This document shows positions 7,920-17,363 of a DNA stretch of 28,349 bases, in pieces. Position numbers and translations under genes: made by a program. The DNA lies in contig JBHLPW010000060.1 of the NCBI GenBank assembly GCA_048939015.1, positions 1 to 28,349 on the forward strand, written 5' to 3'. The notes below the pieces were generated by a model. That model saw only the letters and a program-made list of their open reading frames with translations. It had not been told where the DNA came from and ran no database searches. The DNA is from Promethearchaeota archaeon (GTDB lineage Archaea; Asgardarchaeota; Lokiarchaeia; Sigyniarchaeales; SOKP01). Numbering within the stretch: the first letter of the stretch is position 1; every line of letters begins with the position of its first letter.

Positions 7920-10835
7920 TTAAAATTCAATACTTCTTCTACGAGCTATCCATTTTACTATCTCAAATGAAACGATGCAGATTAAAGAAATCAAGAAGCA
8001 TACCAACCAATCCATTCCTGTTAAAGGTATAAACATAAAATTGATTCCTAATTCTTCGGCTAAGAAAATTTGCACTCCAGGAATGTATAGTAAAGCAATA
8101 AACAGAAAGAATAATAAGCCAATTAGCACATACATAAATTTATTACTATCTTCGATAAGACTCTTTATTAAAGATTTATTTGGTCTTCTAATCTGGAATA
8201 CTAGAAAACTTTCACAGAAGTATAGAACACACATCATCATTGTCAGGCTTTTACCTATAGTTCTAATCACATTTAATTGTTGAGCGGCCTCGGCATACAT
8301 GACTGCTGGAATATCATATACATGCGGTGGTATTAAAGTATCATCATAATATAGATATCCTGGGACAAGGTTTTCGGGAAAAACAGGATATACTCCTGTT
8401 ATAGTTAAAAAGTAGACTATCATCATGCTTAGAGACAGAAAAGCACCGAATATTAATAAAAGTCTAGATGTATTTTTTGAGAGAATCTCTTCTGAATCTC
8501 TAGGTTTTTGCTTCATCACATCTTTTGAAGTTGTATCAAATGTTAGTATTAAACCGGGAAATATATGCAAAGTCAATGAAAGAAAAGCCCACTGATAATA
8601 AAACGCTTCATCTAAGAAATAGGGTAAATCTAATATAATTGCTAAGATAAACTGAACAATACCTTCAAACACATTGATACAAATATAAAAAAACACAACC
8701 GCACGAATCCTCGCGAATATTCCTCTCCCTTGTTCAATACCTGAAACGATAGAATTAAAAGAATCATCTGAAATTACCATATCTGAAGCTTCTTTTGCCA
8801 CATCAGTTCCTGTGATACCCATAGCTACTCCCGCATCAGCCATATTTAATGCTAAAGCATCATTTACACCATCCCCTGTCATAGCAACAACTTTCTTCTG
8901 CTCTTGATATTTTTCTACAATATCTTCCTTGTGTTCGGGGGATACACGAGCAAAAACCTTAATCCGGCTGAACTCATCATATGTTTTAATGTTTTTAACT
9001 TCTTTCCCTTCTACAGCTATTTCACTAGGATCACTTATTATAGAAATTTGTGATGCAATAGCTCTTGCCGTAGCGGGGGAATCCCCTGTAATCATTACTA
9101 CATCAACTCCTGCTTCATGACACTCTTCTACAGATTCTTTTACTCCTTCCCTTGGAGGATCTAAAATTGTCACAAAACCAATATAAGTCAAATTTGATTC
9201 ACTTATTTTTCTTCCCTCATCTCCTTCTGGAGGTATCTCCATCATTTCTTTGTAGCATAAACTTAAAATTCTATAACCTTGACTAGCATATAAGTCTACA
9301 ATCTCTAAGATTTTCTTCTTTATTTCATCTGTGAATGAGATTTCGCTATCATTATATAATACTTTTGAACAGAGAGGTATTAGAATTTCACTTGCTCCCT
9401 TTGTATAGGAAAGATATACTTGATCTTTTTTATATACCTTAGACATTCGTTTCAAAGAAGAATCAAACGGATATTCGGTAATAGCCTCATAATCTTCAAG
9501 AAGATAATCGCCCATTCCTTTTTGAAATAATACCATTAGTGCTCCTTCTGTGGGAGAGCCAATCACATTCCAATTATAGATTGTTTTTCCTCCGATTTCA
9601 ATTTCATTTTTTACTAAAGCAGAATTATTATTTAAAAAACCAGCTGTTAATAGTAGTTTAAGATGTGGGTATTCATTAATATGTTTAACATAAATATGAT
9701 TTTTAGGGTCATCCATAAGTACAATATCTCCATCAGGAGTGTACCCACTGCCTGTGACTCTAAAAATCGATCCATTTGTCCAGACATGTTGAATACTCAT
9801 TTGATTCTTAGTTAATGTGCCTGTTTTATCTGAACATACAACACTTACACGCCCTAAACTGTCAACTGAAGCAAGGTTCCTTATTATCACACCACGATGA
9901 GCCATTGCAAGAACTCCAGTTATTAAAACTATAGTAACTAATAATGGTATATTGATCGGCATAAGATCAAGTGCAGAATTTAAACTTTCAACAATTTCGG
10001 GTGACCCTCTAGCACCCCAGATAATCAATAATGTAATAAACCAAAAAATGAAAACAATAATCCCTAACCATTTGCCAAAATTATTCATTTTTTGCCGAAT
10101 TGGAATCTCACTTGTTCCCGCTTCTTCTAAACCATGAGAAATTTTCCCAATTTCTGTATTTCCACCAGTTTTTACTACAATCGATTTTCCTGTCCCTGTA
10201 GAAATAAATGTGCCATAAAATACCATATTGTTCCGTTCTCCTATAGAAATTTCACTTTTTTTCAACGCATCTCCTGATTCTAATTTTCTTACAGGTTCAC
10301 TTTCTCCCGTTAAAGATGCTTCATTTACCACAAGATTAAACGACTTTATTATTCTGGCATCAGCAGGGATTTTATCCCCTTGACTTAATACTAGTAGATC
10401 ACCTACAACAATCTCTTTGGTTGGAACCTCTATCTTCTGTCCATCTCTTACTATCGTTGATGTAAGAGCCGTTAATTCGCGTAAAGCCTTAAGCTTTTTA
10501 GTAGCACGATATTGTTGGATAATTGCAACCACACAATTTAGAAGAACGATGAACAAAGTCAATGCAACAGTAATTAAATCTCCCTCTCCACCAATAGCCC
10601 ATGCCAAAATTAGAATTAACGCCCCAATAAGGTATATGACTATTAACCAATTAAATAACGGCGCAAGATATATTTTAATAAAACCTTTAGAAACTTTGGG
10701 GATTTCATTCAAACCGTATTCGTCTAATCTATTCGCAGCTTCTTTTACAGATAAACCCTTCTCAGGATCTGTTTGAAATTCTTTATAGATTTCGTTTAAT
10801 TCAATATTATAATAAGCCTTTTCTGTAGATTCCAT
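7920..10835 (-). CDS. P-type ATPase, P2-like scaffold with non-canonical transport site (M4 PINIP)
   Basis: TGES, CSDKTGTLT, KGASE, DPPR, MITGD, AMTGDGVND, ~10 hydrophobic helices. M4 LMPINIP in place of AIPEGLP; M6 LTLHIFP in place of LVTDGLP. Confidence 0.95.
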   Translation of the reverse strand: MESTEKAYYNIELNEIYKEFQTDPEKGLSVKEAANRLDEYGLNEIPKVSKGFIKIYLAPLFNWLIVIYLIGALILILAWAIGGEGDLITVALTLFIVLLNCVVAIIQQYRATKKLKALRELTALTSTIVRDGQKIEVPTKEIVVGDLLVLSQGDKIPADARIIKSFNLVVNEASLTGESEPVRKLESGDALKKSEISIGERNNMVFYGTFISTGTGKSIVVKTGGNTEIGKISHGLEEAGTSEIPIRQKMNNFGKWLGIIVFIFWFITLLIIWGARGSPEIVESLNSALDLMPINIPLLVTIVLITGVLAMAHRGVIIRNLASVDSLGRVSVVCSDKTGTLTKNQMSIQHVWTNGSIFRVTGSGYTPDGDIVLMDDPKNHIYVKHINEYPHLKLLLTAGFLNNNSALVKNEIEIGGKTIYNWNVIGSPTEGALMVLFQKGMGDYLLEDYEAITEYPFDSSLKRMSKVYKKDQVYLSYTKGASEILIPLCSKVLYNDSEISFTDEIKKKILEIVDLYASQGYRILSLCYKEMMEIPPEGDEGRKISESNLTYIGFVTILDPPREGVKESVEECHEAGVDVVMITGDSPATARAIASQISIISDPSEIAVEGKEVKNIKTYDEFSRIKVFARVSPEHKEDIVEKYQEQKKVVAMTGDGVNDALALNMADAGVAMGITGTDVAKEASDMVISDDSFNSIVSGIEQGRGIFARIRAVVFFYICINVFEGIVQFILAIILDLPYFLDEAFYYQWAFLSLTLHIFPGLILTFDTTSKDVMKQKPRDSEEILSKNTSRLLLIFGAFLSLSMMIVYFLTITGVYPVFPENLVPGYLYYDDTLIPPHVYDIPAVMYAEAAQQLNVIRTIGKSLTMMMCVLYFCESFLVFQIRRPNKSLIKSLIEDSNKFMYVLIGLLFFLFIALLYIPGVQIFLAEELGINFMFIPLTGMDWLVCFLISLICIVSFEIVKWIARRRSIEF

Positions 10836-10956
10836 AATAAGTCTTCCATGATTTTTTAATATAAAGAAAGCATAATTACAGTTGAAATTTCAATGTAATA
10901 AATAACCTATAATAATCATAATTTAAAAAATTAGATATTTATTTTCAAGAAGGATA

Positions 10957-13827
10957 TTAGAATTGTATATTCCTTTCTCGAGCAATGTATTTAAATATTT
11001 CAATACCAATAATTCCAGGTAAAGCAAATAATATGCAGATTATCCAATCTGTTCCGCTAAGGAACATAAAATTTATTTGTAAATCTAGCCCGAAAACATC
11101 ATTTACATAGTGATTAACAAGATATGAAAATGTAATATAGAGAATATGCAATATAAACGTAAACAAACATATGAACAGTAAAGAAAAGCTAAATTCTTCC
11201 TTCAGACTTCTATAGAGAGATTTATTTGGTCTTCTAAATGTCCAAATAAAATTGGTTTCGAGGATGAAAATTGTAGTAATAAACATAGTTCTTGCTTTTT
11301 GTGCTACCAATTCAGAATAAGGACTGGCTGGATTAATATAACTAATAACAGGATTAAGATTCCAATTATTCAATGGTATTATTTGCCATAACGTTAATTG
11401 TAAAACTAAAACTAATCCAAGTCCCATAAGAAAGGCTTGAATTAATAACATTATCCACATATTTTTATTTAATATTTGTTCTTCATCTCTAGGTGGTTCA
11501 AACATAATATCCTTAGGGTGAGTATCAATTACTAATGCTAAGGAAGGAAGAGAATGCACAACTCCGAAGATATAAATATGTTGCCATTCTGAACTAAAAA
11601 GATCAAATGTCGGTATGAATTCATATGTAAAAAAGATAATAGCTTCCATTATATTTAAACATATAAAAAAATAGATAATTGTCCTAATTTTTGAAAATAA
11701 ACCACGTCCAATTCTAACACCTTTTTCAATAGAAGTAAAGTTATCATCTGAAATGACCATATCAGCCGTTTCTTTTGCCACATCTGTTCCAGTAATACCC
11801 ATAGCTATGCCTGCATTAGCCAGTTTTAAAGCTAGTGAATCATTAATTCCATCACCTGTCATAGCAACTACCTGTTTTTTATTTTGATAATATCTGACGA
11901 TGATTTCCTTATCTGTTGGCTCTACACGAGCGAAAACTGAGACCTTTTCAAGATCTAAATTTGTGGAATCTTTCAATTGAGAACCTTCGACAACAGTATC
12001 TCCTTCTTTGAAAATACCCATTTGTGATGCAATAGTCTTCGCAGTAGCCGGATGATCACCGGTAATCATAATGACTTTAATTTTTCCATTTTGGCATTGT
12101 TCTACAGATTCTTTAACACCATTTCTTGGAGGATCCATAATCGATACAAATCCTAATAAAATCAGATCCTTTTCTACATCTTCTCTTGTAGGTGTATTAA
12201 TATCAGAAAGTTTATTGTAAGCTAATGCAAGAGTTCTATAACCTTCATTTGCACGAAATTCTATCAAATCCAATATGTCTTTCCTTAAAATAGAATCTAA
12301 TAATTTTATGTTTCCATTAATTTCAATTCTTGACGATAGGTTGATGAGCTTTTCTGGTGCTCCCTTAGAAAATACAAAAACATCATCTGTATTGTTATTG
12401 GATCTACAAATGGTACTCATACGTTTTAATTCCGAGGTAAATGAAAATTCATTAATAAATTCATATTTCTTTTTTATATCGTATGGGATATATCCTGCTT
12501 TCTCAACAAGTACTAATAGAGAAGCTTCAGTTGGTGATCCTAATGCTCGCCTTACCGCCATTTCTTTTTTATCTTTCAATTTAATTTTAACATCTTCAAA
12601 TATAAGTTGAGCATTATTATTTAGCACCATTGAATCTATTAAGTTAACAAATGAAGGATTCTCTTTCAAACTGATAGGACTACTATTATAATAGATTTCT
12701 CCTTCAGAATCGTACCCAGAACCTGAAACATTATATTCATCTTCATTGATCCAAAATTTTTCAACTGTCATTTCATTTTTGGTTATTGTCCCTGTTTTAT
12801 CTGAACAAATTACAGATACTCGACCAAGTGATTCTATTGATGACAGATTCTTGATAATGACTCCTCTTTGAGCCATGTTAAGAACTCCAGTTATCAATAC
12901 TAATGTTGATAATATAGGGAGATTAATTGGCAAAATATTAGTAGCCCTTAATATAGAACTAACGAGAGCACCACTTATTTCTGATTGAATAAAATTGCCT
13001 TCAATTGCCAACAAAGAAAATTTGTAAATAATCAAGATTATCAAATTAATTAGAACAATTGTTCCTAAAATATACCCTAATCTATTTAATTTTCTCGTAA
13101 GTGGGATATCTTCAATACTTCCCATTTCATTAAGTGTTTCAGATATTCTTCCGATCTCTGTATTAATACCTGTGCCAGTAATTAATGCTTTTGCTCTCCC
13201 TGTATATACATATGTTCCCATAAATAGCATATTCGATTGTTTTTGTATTAAAACATTTTTTTCTTGAATTTCCTCAGTTGTTTTTTCTACTGGTTCACTT
13301 TCTCCAGTCAGAGGAGCTTCATCAACTGAAAGATTAATGTGACTTATAATTCTCCCATCCGCGGGAACTTTATCTCCTTGTTCTAATACCATAATATCTC
13401 CTGGAACTAAATCTCTATTAGGTACTTCGAGTTGATTTCCATCTCTAATTATTGTTGCTTTTAGTGCGGAAATCCTATGTAATGATTCTAATGCTTTCTG
13501 AGCGCGAAATTGTTGAATAACAACCGTTGCAGAATTCAAAAATACAACTGTGAACGTAATAATTGTGTCTTCAGCGGAACCCAAAATTACTATAATTACA
13601 CCTGTTATAATAAGAATTAGAATTAAGAAGTTGAAAATCGGAGCTAAATATATTTTCCAAATTGATTTTTTTATCTTTGGTAATTCATTATATCCATATT
13701 TTAAATAAATTTCATTTAATTGTGATGATTTTAAACCATGGCTTACATCAGTATTGAAAATTTTAATTAGGTTTTCAATAGGTTGATTATAATAAGGGAT
13801 TTCACTTCGTATATCTGATAATGACAT
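10957..13827 (-). CDS. P-type ATPase paralogue, P2-like scaffold with non-canonical transport site (M4 PINLP)
   Basis: TGES, CSDKTGTIT, KGAPE, DPPR, MITGD, AMTGDGIND, DDNF. M4 NILPINLP; M6 GVVHSLP. Confidence 0.95.
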   Translation of the reverse strand: MSLSDIRSEIPYYNQPIENLIKIFNTDVSHGLKSSQLNEIYLKYGYNELPKIKKSIWKIYLAPIFNFLILILIITGVIIVILGSAEDTIITFTVVFLNSATVVIQQFRAQKALESLHRISALKATIIRDGNQLEVPNRDLVPGDIMVLEQGDKVPADGRIISHINLSVDEAPLTGESEPVEKTTEEIQEKNVLIQKQSNMLFMGTYVYTGRAKALITGTGINTEIGRISETLNEMGSIEDIPLTRKLNRLGYILGTIVLINLIILIIYKFSLLAIEGNFIQSEISGALVSSILRATNILPINLPILSTLVLITGVLNMAQRGVIIKNLSSIESLGRVSVICSDKTGTITKNEMTVEKFWINEDEYNVSGSGYDSEGEIYYNSSPISLKENPSFVNLIDSMVLNNNAQLIFEDVKIKLKDKKEMAVRRALGSPTEASLLVLVEKAGYIPYDIKKKYEFINEFSFTSELKRMSTICRSNNNTDDVFVFSKGAPEKLINLSSRIEINGNIKLLDSILRKDILDLIEFRANEGYRTLALAYNKLSDINTPTREDVEKDLILLGFVSIMDPPRNGVKESVEQCQNGKIKVIMITGDHPATAKTIASQMGIFKEGDTVVEGSQLKDSTNLDLEKVSVFARVEPTDKEIIVRYYQNKKQVVAMTGDGINDSLALKLANAGIAMGITGTDVAKETADMVISDDNFTSIEKGVRIGRGLFSKIRTIIYFFICLNIMEAIIFFTYEFIPTFDLFSSEWQHIYIFGVVHSLPSLALVIDTHPKDIMFEPPRDEEQILNKNMWIMLLIQAFLMGLGLVLVLQLTLWQIIPLNNWNLNPVISYINPASPYSELVAQKARTMFITTIFILETNFIWTFRRPNKSLYRSLKEEFSFSLLFICLFTFILHILYITFSYLVNHYVNDVFGLDLQINFMFLSGTDWIICILFALPGIIGIEIFKYIARERNIQF

Positions 13828-13919
13828 CTTAATTATTTAAATAATAAATCTAATATAGATATTATTTAATATAGTTTTAAAGGTATAAATGTATTTAATT
13901 TGGGAAAAATGCATTTAGA

Positions 13920-14882
13920 TTATACTTTAAGTTCTTGAGGGCTTCCCAATAAATCTTTTAAAACATGATATTTCTTTCTAATAGTGGTACTTGAAAATTT
14001 ACTAGTTTTTTCTACTAGACTTTGAGTGAAAATCTTCCTATTGTCAAGTGTTTGTCCAATATAATAGATTAAGCCCGCAGTAAATGCTTTATAGTTAAGA
14101 TTCTGAATTTGGCTATACGGAATTTTATTCAATATTTTATCTGCTAATAATAACATTTCGATTTTAATTTTTTCATATTCAATCTTTTCAGAAAAGAACT
14201 CCTGAACTTCATTGTATGGTATATTATTTATATCTTTTTGAAAAACAATCTTTATTCTACTTTTTATCTCATTTTCGATATCTGCAATTGTTTTTTTCTC
14301 CTTTAACATATTCTCAGTTCTTTTCACTTTCAGCATTGCATTATTCAACATCTTTTTATTTATCTTGTGTCCCAATTCTCTCGAGACTTTAATGAATTGC
14401 TCTATTCTAATGTGAGTAGTATCCTTTATACGCATCCATACGATTGCGAGAAAAATTATTATCATATTTTGGTAATTATGTCGATGGTATTTATTATATT
14501 TTAGATATCTATCCTTAATTTCTTTAAATATTACGTTATCTATGTTCAATCCGATACTATGGCTCTTTAATAATTCAATAGTCTTCTTTTGCTCAGTAAA
14601 TTCACTTTCATAATCACGGAACCATTTTTCAAGAGTCTTAATTCTCTCATATTTTTCTTTAATCACAGGATCTTGGAGAGCTTTAGAATCACTTATCCTA
14701 ATTCTTCTTTCATAGTCTCTTTGTGAATCTGTAAAGAAGTCACTTGTAGAACTAGTATTTTCAAAAGTTTTACCATCCATTATTAGACCACAATCTTGAC
14801 AAACAACAAATCCTTTGTCTTGTTTGACGTTTCTATGTGGACATTCAGAGATTTCTGGTGCTAAATTCTTCTTATTCTTCAA
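13920..14882 (-). CDS. Highly divergent TFIIB/TFB-like protein (Zn ribbon plus cyclin-fold repeats)
   Basis: N-terminal CPH...VCQDCG zinc ribbon. C-terminal AFTAGLIYYIG...FTQSLVEKTSKFSSTTIRKKY parallels the TFB second cyclin repeat/HTH (AAAxxYIA...TQxxVA...EVTIRxRY). TTG start. Confidence 0.75.
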   Translation of the reverse strand: MKNKKNLAPEISECPHRNVKQDKGFVVCQDCGLIMDGKTFENTSSTSDFFTDSQRDYERRIRISDSKALQDPVIKEKYERIKTLEKWFRDYESEFTEQKKTIELLKSHSIGLNIDNVIFKEIKDRYLKYNKYHRHNYQNMIIIFLAIVWMRIKDTTHIRIEQFIKVSRELGHKINKKMLNNAMLKVKRTENMLKEKKTIADIENEIKSRIKIVFQKDINNIPYNEVQEFFSEKIEYEKIKIEMLLLADKILNKIPYSQIQNLNYKAFTAGLIYYIGQTLDNRKIFTQSLVEKTSKFSSTTIRKKYHVLKDLLGSPQELKV

Positions 14883-15034
14883 AAAATAATCAATTTAAAT
14901 TGTTTAATTATGATTAACTAGAATATGGGTAAAAAACAATAATATTAAAAATTTTTATTAATTTCAAAAACAATAATAAGATTAATTGCATAAAAAATTT
15001 TCTTGCTTTTTTAAAGAATTTAAGTGTATTAAAT

Positions 15035-15595
15035 ATGATATATGAAAAAGTGTTGAAATTTCTCAAAATCATTGGTTCTATATTCATTCTTATTTCTTTG
15101 GTCGAAATCATCTTTATTATTTTGATGAATTTTGTTTATTTTTCTATTGATGGGAGTTTTTACTTACTAACTGAAATAGTTTATTCTTCTACATTGTTTT
15201 CATTTTCAGGAACTTTATTATGGTTATTTCTGATAAGTGCTATGGCTTGCTATGCAATTATAGGCCTATTTATGTTCAAAACAGGATCGAAGAGTGATAT
15301 CGAAAGTATTCCATTAGCAAAGTTTCTTGTTGTTATTGGCATGGTAATTTTGTTAGCGGGATTTGTCAAAATGAACTATTTAGTAAATTTAGGAAAGACA
15401 AGAATTACTTCAACTATAACTACTGTTACTTTTCAAACTGCTCTCTATGATATGAATATTACACCAATAATGCCTGGTGTATTTTGGGTGTTTTTCATAT
15501 CAGCAAATATCGCTATTCTAATTTCTGGATTAGCTATAACCGCTATTGGCATAAAATATACTCTTCAGCAAGAGCAAGAAGTTAAAGAAAAATAG
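15035..15595 (+). CDS. Hypothetical integral membrane protein, about 4 TM helices
   Basis: Four long hydrophobic segments and a short charged C-tail; no recognised motif. Confidence 0.8.
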   Translation: MIYEKVLKFLKIIGSIFILISLVEIIFIILMNFVYFSIDGSFYLLTEIVYSSTLFSFSGTLLWLFLISAMACYAIIGLFMFKTGSKSDIESIPLAKFLVVIGMVILLAGFVKMNYLVNLGKTRITSTITTVTFQTALYDMNITPIMPGVFWVFFISANIAILISGLAITAIGIKYTLQQEQEVKEK

Positions 15596-15621
15596 ATATT
15601 TTAAAAAATATAAAAAATATA

Positions 15622-16557
15622 TTAAATTAGTTTACTTTTAATCTGTTTGGCACGACTTCGCAAAGTCACTTCCGTAATCTTTGCAATCTCTGCTACGCGT
15701 GATTGAGTCTTGCGAATGCATCCATTCTTAGCAGCTATGTAAATACAAGCTGCGGCTAGTCCCTTCGGATCTTTTCCTGTTCGTTTAAGACCATTTTTAG
15801 AAGCATCTCTAAGCATATTAATTGCATTTTTCTGAATTTGAATTGGAAGGTCTAACTCATTACCAAATCGAAAAACTAAACTTTCAGCAGTAATTGGTTG
15901 ATATCTTAAATTTAGCTCTGGTAATACTTCACGAATAATCATAGCTAAACTTCTATGAACTGTTCGCCGTGGTGTTAATGATGCTTCACATATCTCATCT
16001 AATAATCGTGGGAAATCATGAACTCTAATTGCAGCATATAAAGATCCAGATATAAAACCATTGATAGACCTTCCCATGGTTAGTTTCTTTTTTGCTACAA
16101 TACTGTATATTTTCCATGCTGTTTCAGCTATATACTCAGGAATGTTAAGTTTTGAAGTCAGCATTTTTAGTTTTGGTTTTGCTTCCCAAAAATTGCGCTC
16201 TATACTTGAAATTAATGAATTTTGAATTTTTGAAAGGCGAGAAAAAAGGGCTTGTTCTTTTGCGCCAATTGATTTACCTTTACTATCTGTTTTTGTGTTC
16301 GGAAGCATTGTCCTCGGTCCAAAGTCTCTCCAACGCGGTTCAGTCCTACGCCTGTTTTGAATCTCTTCTATTGTATACGCACGTCTCTCATTACCCACAA
16401 ATGTTCTTTCAAAAATTACACCGCAGTTTAAACATACTTTATTTCCATCTCGTGACTCAATAAATGGATTACTACAGCACTCTGTTTGGGGTAGTCGATT
16501 TTCATCAAAATTTTTATTTACAAGACGAGATCGATACTGTTCATATTGTTCATTCAT
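15622..16557 (-). CDS. tfb: Transcription initiation factor IIB (TFB) paralogue
   Basis: Zn ribbon CCSNP...CLNCG, B-reader-like GNERRAY, SIERN linker, GRS and GKDPKGLAAACIYIA cyclin repeats, TQSRVAEIAKITEVTLRSR HTH. ATG at 16557 preferred over the GTG at 16599. Confidence 0.92.
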   Translation of the reverse strand: MNEQYEQYRSRLVNKNFDENRLPQTECCSNPFIESRDGNKVCLNCGVIFERTFVGNERRAYTIEEIQNRRRTEPRWRDFGPRTMLPNTKTDSKGKSIGAKEQALFSRLSKIQNSLISSIERNFWEAKPKLKMLTSKLNIPEYIAETAWKIYSIVAKKKLTMGRSINGFISGSLYAAIRVHDFPRLLDEICEASLTPRRTVHRSLAMIIREVLPELNLRYQPITAESLVFRFGNELDLPIQIQKNAINMLRDASKNGLKRTGKDPKGLAAACIYIAAKNGCIRKTQSRVAEIAKITEVTLRSRAKQIKSKLI

Positions 16558-16660
16558 AATTAAATTCAAGCAAAAATTTTCTAAAAGACGATTTATCACA
16601 GATATTAAAAAATCTTAATAATGTCTTAATATACGTGATATGCTTATATACGAAAATCGA

Positions 16661-16696
16661 GTTTATAAATCTTTGTATATATCACTTATGTGATAT
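16661..16696 (-). promoter_or_regulatory. Putative BRE-TATA promoter of tfb with adjacent palindromic operator ATATCAC-N4-GTGATAT
   Basis: Minus strand reads ACAAAGA-TTTATAAA (TATA at 16662-16669). Perfect 7-bp inverted repeat at 16679-16696; extra half-sites GTGATAT at 16635-16641 and TATCAC at 16594-16599. Confidence 0.5.
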
Positions 16697-17026
16697 TATG
16701 CTCCCATCATTATCCCACTGAAATTGAATAAGACACCAGTAAATTAGAATACATTTTTATCCGATTCTATAAACAGAATCAATCTTAAAACATATAGGAT
16801 ACCTTCGGAAACAATTCTTATAATCAACAATTTGGAAATTGTAATATCTAAAGGGAATTGTATTTGAATTATTTCCATGAGTGTAAACTATCTAAGATCA
16901 TTTAAGCTCTGAAAATTTTAATGATAACAAGACTTAAAATGATAGTTCTTATCAAAATTATTCTAATTTTAAAGCTGTGTAGGATACTTATTTAAAAAAT
17001 AAATAAAAAAAAAGGGATGTTTCTTT

Positions 17027-17177
17027 CTAACTTAGAGCTAAGTTTTTTATTTTTAAATTATTTTCTATAACTTTATTATAAATTTTTCTAATATACTTTA
17101 TGAATTTCATTAAAAGAATTATTCCTATAATCGCCATTATGAATAAAATCAATGTACTGTAGGGTGCAAATGAACAG
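17027..17177 (-). pseudogene. 5'-truncated paralogous remnant of the small membrane-protein gene at 18533-18859
   Basis: Translates CSFAPYSTLILFIMAIIGIILLMKFIKYIRKIYNKVIENNLKIKNLALS*, against CSFTPYSTLILFAMAIIGTILLLKLIKYVKRQYTKFIEAKPTIKAFNKN* in the intact gene. Homology stops at 17177; in-frame TAA upstream at 17198-17200. Confidence 0.82.
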
Positions 17178-17363
17178 AATATCAAAATTGATGTGCGTTA
17201 TGAAGAATATTTTCAACTTAAAAATAAAAAGATTCTAGATTTGTTATTTGGTCAATTCATTTTTAGTTGATAAAAATCATTAATTTCTAAGATTATTTAA
17301 CAAAATCTTAAATTAGAGAATAACATATCTAGATTTTTATTGTATTAAAACTAAATACCATTT

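Noticed and set aside
7920-13827. Calling the pumps either SERCA-type Ca2+-ATPases or bona fide P4 flippases
   Set aside because: The E309, N796, T799 and D800 equivalents are missing, which argues against Ca2+ transport. They also have TGES rather than P4 DGET, GDGxND with V/I rather than GDGAND, no M5 Lys and P2-like spacing, which argues against true P4.
15035-15595. Possible CDC50-like beta subunit for the ATPases
   Set aside because: About four TMs with short loops on the opposite strand; CDC50 has two TMs and a large ectodomain.
6284-16463. Short nested or antisense ORFs (6284, 6803, 7975, 8929, 9952, 10417, 12275, 14914, 16152)
   Set aside because: They overlap well-supported genes and show no motifs; shadow ORFs.
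16744-16878. 44-codon minus-strand ORF (MEIIQIQFPLD...) in the long intergenic region
   Set aside because: No clear RBS, motif or internal homologue; cannot be supported.
16700-17363. Mobile element or ncRNA in the long intergenic stretch
   Set aside because: No terminal inverted repeats, target duplication, transposase remnant or GC-rich structured segment; part of it is explained by the pseudogene.
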